Positions 52,317 to 62,000 of a DNA stretch of 64,000 bases are shown one piece after another (position 1 is the stretch's first letter; the number at the start of each line of letters is the position of its first letter). The DNA lies in assembly GCA_035402765.1 (NCBI GenBank), contig DAONDX010000004.1, positions 43,317-107,316 of the forward strand, in the 5' to 3' direction. The stretch comes from Candidatus Omnitrophota bacterium. GTDB taxonomy: Bacteria > Omnitrophota > Gorgyraeia > Gygaellales > Profunditerraquicolaceae. Under the pieces are notes generated by a model. It searched no databases. It was not told where the DNA came from and saw nothing but the letters and a program-made list of their open reading frames with translations. The position numbers and the translations under genes are program-made.

Positions 52317-53164
52317 CCTTAAAGCCGAAACTCTACGGTTTAGTAGGTTTTCCTATCCAACACAGTTTCTCTCCCTGCATGCACAATGCTGCATTTTCAG
52401 CGTTAAAAATAAAAGCCAAATATAAATTATTTGAATTAAAGCCTGACCAGCTAGAAGGCTTCCTGGATAATTTGAAAAAAAACAATATTCACGGTTTTAA
52501 TGTTACCTATCCCTATAAAGAAAAGATCATCAGTTATTTGAGCAGCCGTTCCTCCGGGGCCAGGGCGATCGGCGCAGTTAATACCGTGATTGTGGATAAA
52601 CGCGGGAAATTGAAAGGTTTTAATACTGATTACTTAGGATTTATGGCGCATCTTAAGGATTTAAAGCTTAAACCCAGGAAAGTTGCTTTGATCGGAGCGG
52701 GGGGCGCAGCAAAGGCCGTAGCTTTAGCTTTGGCCAAGATGAAAATTATCCAGCTGTGTATTTATGATATTGATAAATTTAAAGCCTTAAGCCTTTTTAA
52801 AAAATTAAATTCCGATTTTCCGAATACTAAATTTAGCGTAGCCAGCAGGATCGAGGATCTAGAGATCGCAGATAAAGATCTATTGGTCAATGCCTCTCCT
52901 GTAGGAATGCGTCCGGCTGATCCTTGTTTAGTTTCACCCGGGGATTTGCATGAGGGGTTATTTGTTTATGACCTTATTTATAGCCCGCTTGAGACTAAGT
53001 TGATCCTTTTGGCCAAGGAAAAAAATTTAAAATTTTCCAATGGTTTAGGAATGCTTTTATATCAGGGGGTTTTTGCTTTTGTCCACTTCAGCGGCGTAAA
53101 ACCTCCGGTTAATATCATGAAAGAGGCGCTTTTGAAAGCCTGCCTGCCGGCAGGAAGCAAGTAA
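52313..53164 (+). CDS. aroE: Shikimate 5-dehydrogenase
   Basis: LYGLVGFPIQHSFSPCMHNAAF N-terminal signature, NVTYPYK, and GAGGAAKAV Rossmann motif. 283 aa. Confidence 0.8.
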   Translation: MTLKPKLYGLVGFPIQHSFSPCMHNAAFSALKIKAKYKLFELKPDQLEGFLDNLKKNNIHGFNVTYPYKEKIISYLSSRSSGARAIGAVNTVIVDKRGKLKGFNTDYLGFMAHLKDLKLKPRKVALIGAGGAAKAVALALAKMKIIQLCIYDIDKFKALSLFKKLNSDFPNTKFSVASRIEDLEIADKDLLVNASPVGMRPADPCLVSPGDLHEGLFVYDLIYSPLETKLILLAKEKNLKFSNGLGMLLYQGVFAFVHFSGVKPPVNIMKEALLKACLPAGSK

Positions 53165-53173
53165 AGGAGGAAT

Positions 53174-53980
53174 ATGATGGCCCAGATAATTGTTTTTCTT
53201 TTTGGTTCGATCGTCGGAAGTTTTTTAAACGTCTGTATTCATCGCATGCCTAAAGGCGAATCTATAGTTTGGCCGCGTTCACATTGTCCGAAATGCCAGA
53301 AGAGAATACCGGGTTATGACAATATTCCTTTTATAAGTTTTATTTTACTTGGCGGGCGCTGCCGCTTTTGCCGGGAAAAAATCTCTTTGCGTTATCCCCT
53401 GGTAGAATTATTGACCGCTATTCTAACCGTAGTGTTTTTTAACCGTTTTGGTTTAAGCTACGAATTCTTTTTATATCTGGTTATGTTATGGGCTTTAATT
53501 ATCGCTACTTTTGTCGATATCGCGCATCGGATCATTCCGGATGAGGTATCCGTTGGCGGGATGATTATCGGCTTGATTATGGTTTCGATAACCGGTTTTA
53601 GTTTTAATCCTCTAAAATTCAGCTTGGTTCCGATGGGCAAGTCCGCATTAGGCGCCATCGCCGGAGGAGGGATCATCTATTTGACCGGAGTGATCTTCGA
53701 CCTGGTATATTTTAAATTACTTAAAAAACCTGCGATTAACGGAGAGACCGAATCGATGGGCGGAGGAGATGTAAAGCTTTTAGCCATGATCGGTGCGTTT
53801 ATGGGCTGGCAGATGGCGGTTTTAACTTTTTTTCTGGCACCGTTTTTAGGTATTGTGATCGGTATTGTAAATTTAATGACCAAGAAGGACCATACGATAC
53901 CTTACGGCCCGTTTCTTTCGATCGCCTCCCTGGTTGCTTTATTCTGGGGAAATAAAATAATCTCTTTGCTCCTTCCTTAA
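53174..53980 (+). CDS. pilD: Prepilin leader peptidase/N-methyltransferase (A24 family)
   Basis: N-terminal tetracysteine CPKC...CRFC, multiple TM helices, conserved Asp-containing regions (DIAHRIIPDE; GGGDVKLLAMIG). 268 aa. Confidence 0.8.
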   Translation: MMAQIIVFLFGSIVGSFLNVCIHRMPKGESIVWPRSHCPKCQKRIPGYDNIPFISFILLGGRCRFCREKISLRYPLVELLTAILTVVFFNRFGLSYEFFLYLVMLWALIIATFVDIAHRIIPDEVSVGGMIIGLIMVSITGFSFNPLKFSLVPMGKSALGAIAGGGIIYLTGVIFDLVYFKLLKKPAINGETESMGGGDVKLLAMIGAFMGWQMAVLTFFLAPFLGIVIGIVNLMTKKDHTIPYGPFLSIASLVALFWGNKIISLLLP

Positions 53981-53993
53981 AGGACAATCATCT

Positions 53994-55880
53994 ATGCCAG
54001 AATTAAACCTCGCAAATTACCTTGCTAAAAGTATATCCAGCGCTAATTGGGAAAATATCGGTTTTAAAAAGCGCGCCGGCGTGTTGATCCCGTTGTTTAC
54101 TGTTTATTCAAAGAATAGCTTCGGCATCGGCGACCTGGGGGATTTGAAACGGGTGATTGATTGGGCTGCCGCTACCAAAAACACTATCGTTCAGCTCCTG
54201 CCGATGAATGAGGTAGGGGGGCTTTTTTGTCCGTATGATGCTTTAAGTTCTTTTGCCCTGGAACCGGCCTATATTTGCTTAAATAGTTTTAAAGAACTTT
54301 CCGGTAAGAAATTTAATCCTTCTGCGCCGCCGGCGGTTAATATTCCGATGGCTTCTTTCGAAAAGCCGTTAAGTATCAACCCTAAGCAAACTCCCGGGTT
54401 TGGGCCAGGGCGCGTCGAATGGGTTGATTATGCGCTAAAAGCGGAAAAATTGCGACTGCTTTGGGATGTTTATTTAGGCACGGATTTATCGGAAGCTTTT
54501 GATTTTGAAGAATTTCAACGCAAGAATGCTTATTGGCTGCGGGATTTTGTCCTGTTTAAAGTTTTGAAGGAATTTTATCAGGGCAAGCCCTGGTATGAGT
54601 GGGATGATAAATTTAAACTGCGTAACGCTGAGGCGTTAGGCGGGTTTTGGCAGGATAATATCGAAAAAATAACATTTCAGATGTGGCTGCAGTGGATACT
54701 TTTTAAACAGTTCAAAGAAGCCGTTGATTATGCCGGCAGGAATAATATCTTTATTAAAGGTGATCTGCCGGTTCTGGTTTCCCGGGATAGCGCCGATGTC
54801 TGGAGTCATTTAGAATTTTTCAAACTGGATTTTGCCGCCGGAGCCCCTCCGGATATGTATTGTTCTAAGGGCCAGCGTTGGGGCATGCCGACTTATAACT
54901 GGGAGGCGATTGCCGGCGATAATTATCGTTACATCAAGGAAAAATTAATCTATGCGCAAGAATTTTATAATATTTTGCGGATTGACCATGTGGTGGGGCT
55001 TTTTCGTATTTGGAGCATTCCTTATTTTGACCCCTTGGAGAATCAGGGAGTAAATGGATCTTTTGACCCTCTGGATGAACGGCTTTGGGGCGAGCATGGA
55101 CGCAGAATTTTAAGCGTTTTAGTGCAAAATACTAAAATGCTGCTTTGCGCTGAAGATCTAGGGGTAATTCCGAAATGCTGCACGGATACTTTATTGGAAT
55201 TCGGCATTCCGGGAAATGATGTTCAGCGCTGGGTAAAAGACTGGAATGTTGGCCATGATTTTCTTAAACCCCAACAGTATCGAGAACTTGCCGTGGCAAT
55301 GCTCTCTACCCATGATACAACCAGCTGGAAGGCCTGGTGGCAGTATGAAGCCGGTACAGTTGACCAGGGATTATTCCTGAGAAAATGTAATGAACGTAGA
55401 ATAGATTATGCCGCAGCGGTGCTTAAGCTTTTTGATCCGCTGCGTTCTTCTTGCGGGCGGCTGCGCTGGAAAGAAGAAATTGATTGTGTGGATAAGTTGG
55501 TCTGGGAGCTAGGTAAAAGAAAAGAAGAGGTGGGGGATTTTATTGAGCTTTATGAAAATACCTTCAGGGAAAAAGAAAAACTTTGGAAGATGCTGGATTG
55601 CCCCGGGGAGATGATTGAGGAAGCCAGCGGGCAGTTATTATCCAGAATTATGAATTTTGTTTTAGCCTCTAGCGCGGTGTTCTGCGTTAATTCTATTAAT
55701 GACTACTTGGATCTGGCAGGCTTATTTAAAGGCGATCCTTATCAATACCGGATCAATACCCCCGGAACAATCAGCCCTAAGAATTGGTCATTGCGTCTTC
55801 CGCTTAGCCTGGAGGAACTGTTGGCGCATCCTCTAAATCAGCAGATTCGCAAGATGATTGTTGATTCGGCAAGAATATAA
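53994..55880 (+). CDS. malQ: 4-alpha-glucanotransferase (amylomaltase, GH77)
   Basis: GH77-like regions (LPMNEVGG; RIDHVVGLFRIW; EDLGVIP). 628 aa. Confidence 0.75.
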   Translation: MPELNLANYLAKSISSANWENIGFKKRAGVLIPLFTVYSKNSFGIGDLGDLKRVIDWAAATKNTIVQLLPMNEVGGLFCPYDALSSFALEPAYICLNSFKELSGKKFNPSAPPAVNIPMASFEKPLSINPKQTPGFGPGRVEWVDYALKAEKLRLLWDVYLGTDLSEAFDFEEFQRKNAYWLRDFVLFKVLKEFYQGKPWYEWDDKFKLRNAEALGGFWQDNIEKITFQMWLQWILFKQFKEAVDYAGRNNIFIKGDLPVLVSRDSADVWSHLEFFKLDFAAGAPPDMYCSKGQRWGMPTYNWEAIAGDNYRYIKEKLIYAQEFYNILRIDHVVGLFRIWSIPYFDPLENQGVNGSFDPLDERLWGEHGRRILSVLVQNTKMLLCAEDLGVIPKCCTDTLLEFGIPGNDVQRWVKDWNVGHDFLKPQQYRELAVAMLSTHDTTSWKAWWQYEAGTVDQGLFLRKCNERRIDYAAAVLKLFDPLRSSCGRLRWKEEIDCVDKLVWELGKRKEEVGDFIELYENTFREKEKLWKMLDCPGEMIEEASGQLLSRIMNFVLASSAVFCVNSINDYLDLAGLFKGDPYQYRINTPGTISPKNWSLRLPLSLEELLAHPLNQQIRKMIVDSARI

Positions 55881-55968
55881 TTATTTGCCGCGGCGGGTTA
55901 TTTTATTTGCGCGTAATTTGAATTATGCACGCCGGTTTTAATTTTGTTTTCAGCGGCCGTTTTATGTA

Positions 55969-56003
55969 AATGTAGAGACACAAAAATTTTGCGTCTCTAC
56001 ATT
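55969..56003. promoter_or_regulatory. Perfect 11-bp inverted repeat AATGTAGAGAC-N13-GTCTCTACATT (extendable to about 13 bp) upstream of ttcA
   Basis: Exact reverse-complement arms at 55969-55979 and 55993-56003. No U-tract follows. Lies 40 nt upstream of the ttcA ATG. Confidence 0.5.
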
Positions 56004-56045
56004 ATGTTTACGGGCAAGCACAAATGGCTAAAGGGTAAAAATTTA

Positions 56046-56765
56046 ATGGGAACTTTAAAGGGCACCGAATATTTTATTTCTAAGGGGATCGGCAAAGCAA
56101 TCATGGATTATCAAATGCTTACTCCCGGAGATAAGATCGCGGTTGCCGTTTCCGGCGGTAAAGATAGCCTGACTTTATTGCGGTTGCTGCTTGATCGAAG
56201 AGCGTTTGTGCCGGTAAAATATGATGTGATGGCGATCCATATCGATATGGGGTATCCCAAATCCCTATCCGTAAAGTTAGAAAAATATTTTAAGAAACTC
56301 AAAGTAGAATATAAAATAATCAAATCGGATATTCTTAAAAAAACCTCAATAAGTAAAATTAATTGTTTTTGGTGTTCTTGGAACAGAAGGAAAGAATTAT
56401 TCCTGGCCGCCAATAAATCCGGCTGTACTAAAATTGCCCTAGGCCACCATATGGATGATATCGCCCAAACATTTCTGTTGAATTTATTTTTCCAAGGCGA
56501 AATATCCACCATGAAACCTAAACAGGAATTGTTCAAAGGTAAAATCACCTTGATCCGGCCGTTAGCTTATGTCCAAGAGGACTTGATCAAGCGTTTTGCT
56601 AAAGAAACTAAATTAGGGCATGATACCTGTGTTTGCCCGCAGGCGGTTATTTCCAATCGTAACCGGATGGGTAAGATTATCCGCAACCTGGAAAAGGTTT
56701 GTCCGGATATAAAAAAGAATATCTTTCGTTCCTTAAAAAGGGTAAAAAAGGATTATTTACTTTAA
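56046..56765 (+). CDS. ttcA: tRNA 2-thiocytidine(32) synthetase TtcA-like PP-loop ATPase
   Basis: PP-loop SGGKDS (VAVSGGKDSLTLL), CFWCSWNRR and C-terminal CVCP Cys motifs as in TtcA. Start placed at the ATG at 56046 (MGTLKG...). Confidence 0.75.
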   Translation: MGTLKGTEYFISKGIGKAIMDYQMLTPGDKIAVAVSGGKDSLTLLRLLLDRRAFVPVKYDVMAIHIDMGYPKSLSVKLEKYFKKLKVEYKIIKSDILKKTSISKINCFWCSWNRRKELFLAANKSGCTKIALGHHMDDIAQTFLLNLFFQGEISTMKPKQELFKGKITLIRPLAYVQEDLIKRFAKETKLGHDTCVCPQAVISNRNRMGKIIRNLEKVCPDIKKNIFRSLKRVKKDYLL

Positions 56766-56795
56766 CCGTATCGGCCAGAGTGGTATAATGAATTC

Positions 56796-57725
56796 ATGAT
56801 TATTCTTATCGCAGTGTTATTTTTGGTTTTAGCCGGTTTTATCGCGGCGGTCGTTCTAAAAATTTCCTCCCAGGTTAACGAACGCCTGAATCAAATGAAT
56901 CAATCCCTCCAGGAAGCCAATAAAATTATCAGCCAGAATTTGGGCAGCGCGACCTCTGTTTTTGGCAATGTTAAAGAACAGCTGGGAAAATTAGAAGAGA
57001 CTAATAAACAGATTATTGCGATTAGCCGGGATATCTCCAGTTTACAGGAATTGCTGCGGGCTCCGAAATTCCGGGGGGCGATGGGTGAAACTTTTCTGGA
57101 GAATTTGCTTTCGCAGGTATTGCCTAAAGAACACTATCAAATCCAATACCGTTTTAAAAGCGCCGAAGCGGTAGACGCGGTGATCCGGCTAGGGGAGCGG
57201 TTGGTCCCGGTGGATGCTAAATTCAGCCTGGAGAATTTTCAGAAAATGCTGGATGCTCCTGATGAACAAACCAAAGAAGCCTTTCGTAAAAAATTCGTCC
57301 AGGATATAAAAAACCGCATTAATGAGATCGCGGTGAAATATATCCTGCCGGGTGAGAATACTTATGATTTTGCTTTGATGTATATTCCGGCTGAAAACGT
57401 TTATTATGAAGTGATTATCAAGGAGGATATTTTTACCTACAGCATGTCTAAAAAAGTTATTCCTGTCTCGCCGAATACTTTTTATGCCTATTTGCAGGTA
57501 ATTTGTTTAGGTCTGCGTGGTTTAAAAGTAGAAGAGAATGCCAAGGCGATCTTAAAAAGCCTGGGAGCCTTAGGGGTAGAAACAGAGAGATTCAATGAAG
57601 ATTTCAAAATTTTAGGAGGGCATCTTTTAAGTGCCAATACTAAGTATACGGAGGCCCAGAAGCATTTTGAAAAGGTTGCTGAGCGCCTTACGAATATTCA
57701 GGATACCAAGTCTTTCGGGTCATAG
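56796..57725 (+). CDS. rmuC: DNA recombination protein RmuC family
   Basis: N-terminal TM helix, a coiled-coil, and a C-terminal RmuC-like region (YILPGENTYDFALMYIPAENVYYEV). 309 aa. Confidence 0.75.
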   Translation: MIILIAVLFLVLAGFIAAVVLKISSQVNERLNQMNQSLQEANKIISQNLGSATSVFGNVKEQLGKLEETNKQIIAISRDISSLQELLRAPKFRGAMGETFLENLLSQVLPKEHYQIQYRFKSAEAVDAVIRLGERLVPVDAKFSLENFQKMLDAPDEQTKEAFRKKFVQDIKNRINEIAVKYILPGENTYDFALMYIPAENVYYEVIIKEDIFTYSMSKKVIPVSPNTFYAYLQVICLGLRGLKVEENAKAILKSLGALGVETERFNEDFKILGGHLLSANTKYTEAQKHFEKVAERLTNIQDTKSFGS

Positions 57726-57735
57726 ATAAATTAAA

Positions 57736-57960
57736 ATGATTTTTAATGTTCGCGTAAATCCCCGCGCCAGCCGCAAGCGTGTTGAGCAATCTGAAAATAA
57801 TTTAAAAGTGTATTTAACTAAGCCGGCTGTAGATGGGGAGGCCAACGCACAGTTAATCGATTTGTTAAGCGCGTACTTTAAAATTAAAAAATATCAGGTG
57901 AGGATTAAAAGCGGTGAAAAATCGCGTAATAAACTGGTAGAAATCGATGCCGAGTGTTAA
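57736..57960 (+). CDS. DUF167/YggU-family small protein
   Basis: 74 aa, MIFNVRVNPRASRKRVE...LKVYLTKPAVDGEANAQLIDLLSAYF matches the YggU pattern. Confidence 0.7.
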   Translation: MIFNVRVNPRASRKRVEQSENNLKVYLTKPAVDGEANAQLIDLLSAYFKIKKYQVRIKSGEKSRNKLVEIDAEC

Positions 57961-58675
57961 CCCTTTAGGAAAATTTGCGATTAATTCGGTAGTTTCGGCG
58001 TTTAGCCTGCGCTCAAACGGTAATATGTCTTTTTCTTTCGGTAATCCCGAAGGTATTTTAGAAAATCGTAAAAAATTTCTTTCCAGCTTAAGTATTGATT
58101 ATCAAAGTCTAATCACTGCCAAACAGGTTCACGGAAATAATGTTGAGTATGTTACCGGGGAAAATAAAGGCAGGGGCGCGTTGGATTATGAAAGCTCAGT
58201 TTTAGATACGGACGGTTTTATTACGGATCAGCCTGGCGTTCCGATGGCAATATTAACCGCTGATTGTTTGTCCGTTTTTATTTATGATCCGCGTCGGCCG
58301 GCAATCGGTATTCTGCATGCGGGTTGGCGCAGCACTGAGAAAAATATCGCCCAGGCCGGAGTTAGCCGGATGCAAGAAAAATTCGCCAGTTTACCTAAAG
58401 ATTTATTGGTTGGATTCGGCCCGTCAATAAGATCCTGTTGTTTTGAAGTCGAAAAAGACTTTAAAAGCAATTTCCCTTTTGGTTTGATTAAAAGAGAAGG
58501 CCGGGTTTTTATGGATATTGCTTTGATTAACCGCAGCCAGCTGGTTGACTGCGGAGTAAAAGATGAAAACATTTTTGACCCGCAACTGTGCACTTTTTCT
58601 GATGATGGATTCTTTTCGTTCCGTAAGGAAGCTAAAGCAGCCGGTAGAATGATCTCGGTGGTGATGCTTAAATGA
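57947..58675 (+). CDS. pgeF: YfiH/PgeF-family (DUF152) purine nucleoside phosphorylase / peptidoglycan editing factor
   Basis: HAGWRST motif and conserved Cys/His positions. 242 aa. Confidence 0.8.
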   Translation: MPSVNPLGKFAINSVVSAFSLRSNGNMSFSFGNPEGILENRKKFLSSLSIDYQSLITAKQVHGNNVEYVTGENKGRGALDYESSVLDTDGFITDQPGVPMAILTADCLSVFIYDPRRPAIGILHAGWRSTEKNIAQAGVSRMQEKFASLPKDLLVGFGPSIRSCCFEVEKDFKSNFPFGLIKREGRVFMDIALINRSQLVDCGVKDENIFDPQLCTFSDDGFFSFRKEAKAAGRMISVVMLK

Positions 58676-58908
58676 TTACCAAATACGTTTTAGAATTTGT
58701 GTTACATGCCAAAGACAGCTCACCTAAAGCCATCAAGAATGCTTTAGCGGAGTTTGGCAGCGATTTGACGGTTGCGGAATGTCAAAAACAGGCAGAAACC
58801 TGTAATTATAAAGTAGAAATGACCACTGAAGATCCTACTTTAGTTTTTGATCTTTGTTCGCAGTTAGGCAGGATCCGTTCAGTTAAGGTGCATGAGAATA
58901 AACCGTAA
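58672..58908 (+). CDS. Small conserved hypothetical protein (possibly YbeD/DUF493-like)
   Basis: 78 aa, translationally coupled to pgeF (4-nt overlap). Weak resemblance to the ACT-like YbeD fold; function unknown. Confidence 0.35.
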   Translation: MITKYVLEFVLHAKDSSPKAIKNALAEFGSDLTVAECQKQAETCNYKVEMTTEDPTLVFDLCSQLGRIRSVKVHENKP

Positions 58909-58942
58909 GTTATAAGTTTTAAGCTAAAAGTTATAGAAAATG

Positions 58943-58980
58943 GGCGTTGCTCTCCTGGTCGGAGGCCAACGCTTTTTTTT
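58943..58980 (+). terminator. Rho-independent terminator
   Basis: ggcgttg...caacgcc stem with an inner ctcc/ggag helix, followed by TTTTTTTT. Confidence 0.7.
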
Positions 58981-59080
58981 GGCCTTCCTCGAGAAAACCC
59001 TTTCTTTTTAGCCTGATTTAGCCTTGATTTCTCTTACCTATATAGCATACTTAATATAGAAAGACCGGTAGGCTTTAATA

Positions 59081-62000
59081 ATGAAAAAACCCAAGAGTTT
59101 AAAAGTTATCGCTATTATTCTGTGCGGTTTGCTTATTTTTCAGCAGACGGGCTTTGCCCAGGTGGCCTCTGTTGAATTAAATATTGCCGGCCACATTGCG
59201 TCTTTCCACAATACTTTCTTCCCGGAAAAATTCCGGCCGCTGCATTTAAGAAGCATATCTTATGATGAATTGAATAATGATTTTAAGCTGCTTTTGGATA
59301 AAGGCGATGAACAGAAGCTGAAAAATCAAGATATTGAATTAACCGCCAAAGATTTGCTTAATTACTTTTTTGTGGGCATTGCTTTACCCAATGATGCCTT
59401 TTGGGTAAACCTGCGCCCGGATTCTCCCAATGATATTATTGATCCGTTCCTGGCGCAGACCGAAGTGGGCAAGATTTTCCTGGAAGCAGACCTGCAGTTA
59501 AAAAAAGACGCGGCTAATGCCACTAATCCTCAAACTATTGAAGGCAAGGAGTACTGGGATAAGCTTTATCGAAAAGCCGCGGAGATTTATGGAACACAGG
59601 AAGTAACGATCCCGACTCTTACCCGTCCCTGGATTGTCCCGGATGAGGTGATCATCCGCGAATCAACGGATTCAGCTTATGTTTATAAAGCTACGCTTAA
59701 GGTCATGTTGGAGCAGGATTACTTAAAAGGCAATGCTGCTTATTCCTTTAAAGACGAGAGAGAAAAACAACTCAATGAATATTCTACTCAACTTATCAAA
59801 GAAGATATTGTTCCTAAACTTACTAAAGAAATTAACACTGCTAAGCGCTATGCTCCCTTAAGGCAGGTTTATTATTCGCTTATCCTGGCCCAGTGGTTTA
59901 AAGCTAGAAATCAAAATAAAAATAACCAGTATGCCGAGCGCATTGATAGAAAAGACCTGGCTAATCTGCAAGCCCGGGTTCCTTATTCCGTAAGTACTTA
60001 TTTTAATGCTTACCAAGAGAATTTTGCTAAAGGGGAATATAATATTAAAGCGCCTGTTTCTACTCCTTACGGCCAGGTGATCAGGAGTTATTTTTCAGGA
60101 GGAATTTCCGTTACCGCTTTGGTTGCTCCTGCTTTAGGAGAGCTACCTTCGGGTGCGGTTACTGTGCTGCCGGATACAAATGCTTATTTACCGAAAGGTA
60201 CGGATCTCCCTGCGCTAGCTTCAGCTAATGGAGAAGTAAGTCTTGCTGGTCCTTCCGCAGGGCAGGTTTTAGCTTCGCCGGAGGAAACCCTGGATGAGGA
60301 GTATGCCCGGTTAAATAATGAGTTATGGAGTTTGGATCCTCAAAAAGACGCCGCCAAGTTAGGGCCGATCAAAAAGCGGATGCGCGAGATCGATAATAAA
60401 TTAAGGCCGGTTGATCTGGGCGGTTCTTCAGCAGGAGAATCGGGCTCCGGCCAAGGCAATGGGCCAGGCGGGATGGAAAAACCAGAGGATGCGGCAGCGT
60501 ATGCCAGCCTTCCTTCACTGGATGAGCTGCCTTCGGAAGCTCAGCAAAATGTTAAGAATTCCATAGAGGGGTTAGAGAAAGATATTGAGAGGCTGGAAAA
60601 TGCGGTAAGAGAATTTGAATCAGCAAGTTCTAAACAGATGGTAATGGAGGATGGTTCACGCCGGAATGTCCCGGAGACATTAATGGCGAGATTGAGGTTT
60701 AATTTTCCGGGTTTGGTTAATGCTCAGACCGAAAGCAGCATCCCGTCTATTACCGGTGGAAGAAGCATTAATATGGCAGAATATTTGGTTACCCGGGAGT
60801 TAATTGCTGTCGCTGAAAGACTGAATAAAATGATGCCGGATTGGCTGGCGCGTATTAAAAACAAAAATACAGCTATGGGAGAGTGGTTATCTTGGATACA
60901 GATGGGTGCTGTTGAACAGCAAATGTCCATTATACCGTTTCAGTCTCTTATCGCAACCAGGCTGCGAGATCAGGAAAGTATTGAGAATATTGATCAGGCT
61001 TTTGGGAAAGGCCGGGATTTATTAATTCATTCGGCATCTCCGGAGGTGATCTCTAAAATTCTGGAGAGGAATGTTTTAGCCTCTCGGCTTCAGCAACGGA
61101 AGCGTTTTGGTGAAGATGTCCAGTCTACAGTTTTGCTTTCCAACCGGGCAATGCCTAAAGGGGCGGAAGAAGAATTAAACCAGATTGTTTTTGGATACAA
61201 CCAGTGGTTCACCGGCTACGGAGCTTTTGCGATTATTCTCCCTGCCCGGCCGGTGTTGGCTAATAATCAATTCTCGGAATGGGATGGTATTCATGTGTTT
61301 GATTTAAATAATCAGGGGTTTGCACAGGATCTCTTTGCGGTTCCTTTTGTGTTAGTAGCGGCTCCGGAGGGGGAAAGCGAAGTAAGGGGTATGCTTCAAA
61401 AATATGCTGAAAGGTTACTTGCGGATAATCCCGATCTCGATATTTCTTCCTGGGTGGAAAACCATATTAAGGTGTTGTCGGTAGATAGCTTAAAACCTAC
61501 AGTGAATTCTTCAGGCGTAAATATCAGGAGCTTGTCTGATCAGGAGCAAAATGAAATATGGTCCATGATGCAACGGCAATCTAACGCCAACACCCTGGTT
61601 CCTCAAGCCGGTCATTTTTTACCAACCGGTAAACGGGAGAGAATGTTTAAAAATGTAGAGCAGGAGCAATATATCTACCATATCAATGCTCAACAGATTT
61701 TGCCCAGTCCAGGTTTGGATAAAAGAGTGCCTAGTCCAGCCAGCCTAAATGTAGCCGAGGGGGTTGAAAGACGAGAAGATGCGGCCAGGCGAAACGCGAT
61801 CGACAGAATTAAAACTAGAATAGAAGATTATCAGGCATTTGAGCAGTTGATAGGCGGGATTATAAATAAGCTTGAAGCCGGCCAACCTCTCTTAGCTGAA
61901 GATATTTCTGTTTTAAATGAGTTTAAGGACCGGATTATTCTTAAAAATTCCCTGGTGGCTTTGTACCTTAAGACGCATCCGGGAGATGTTATCGTGGTCA

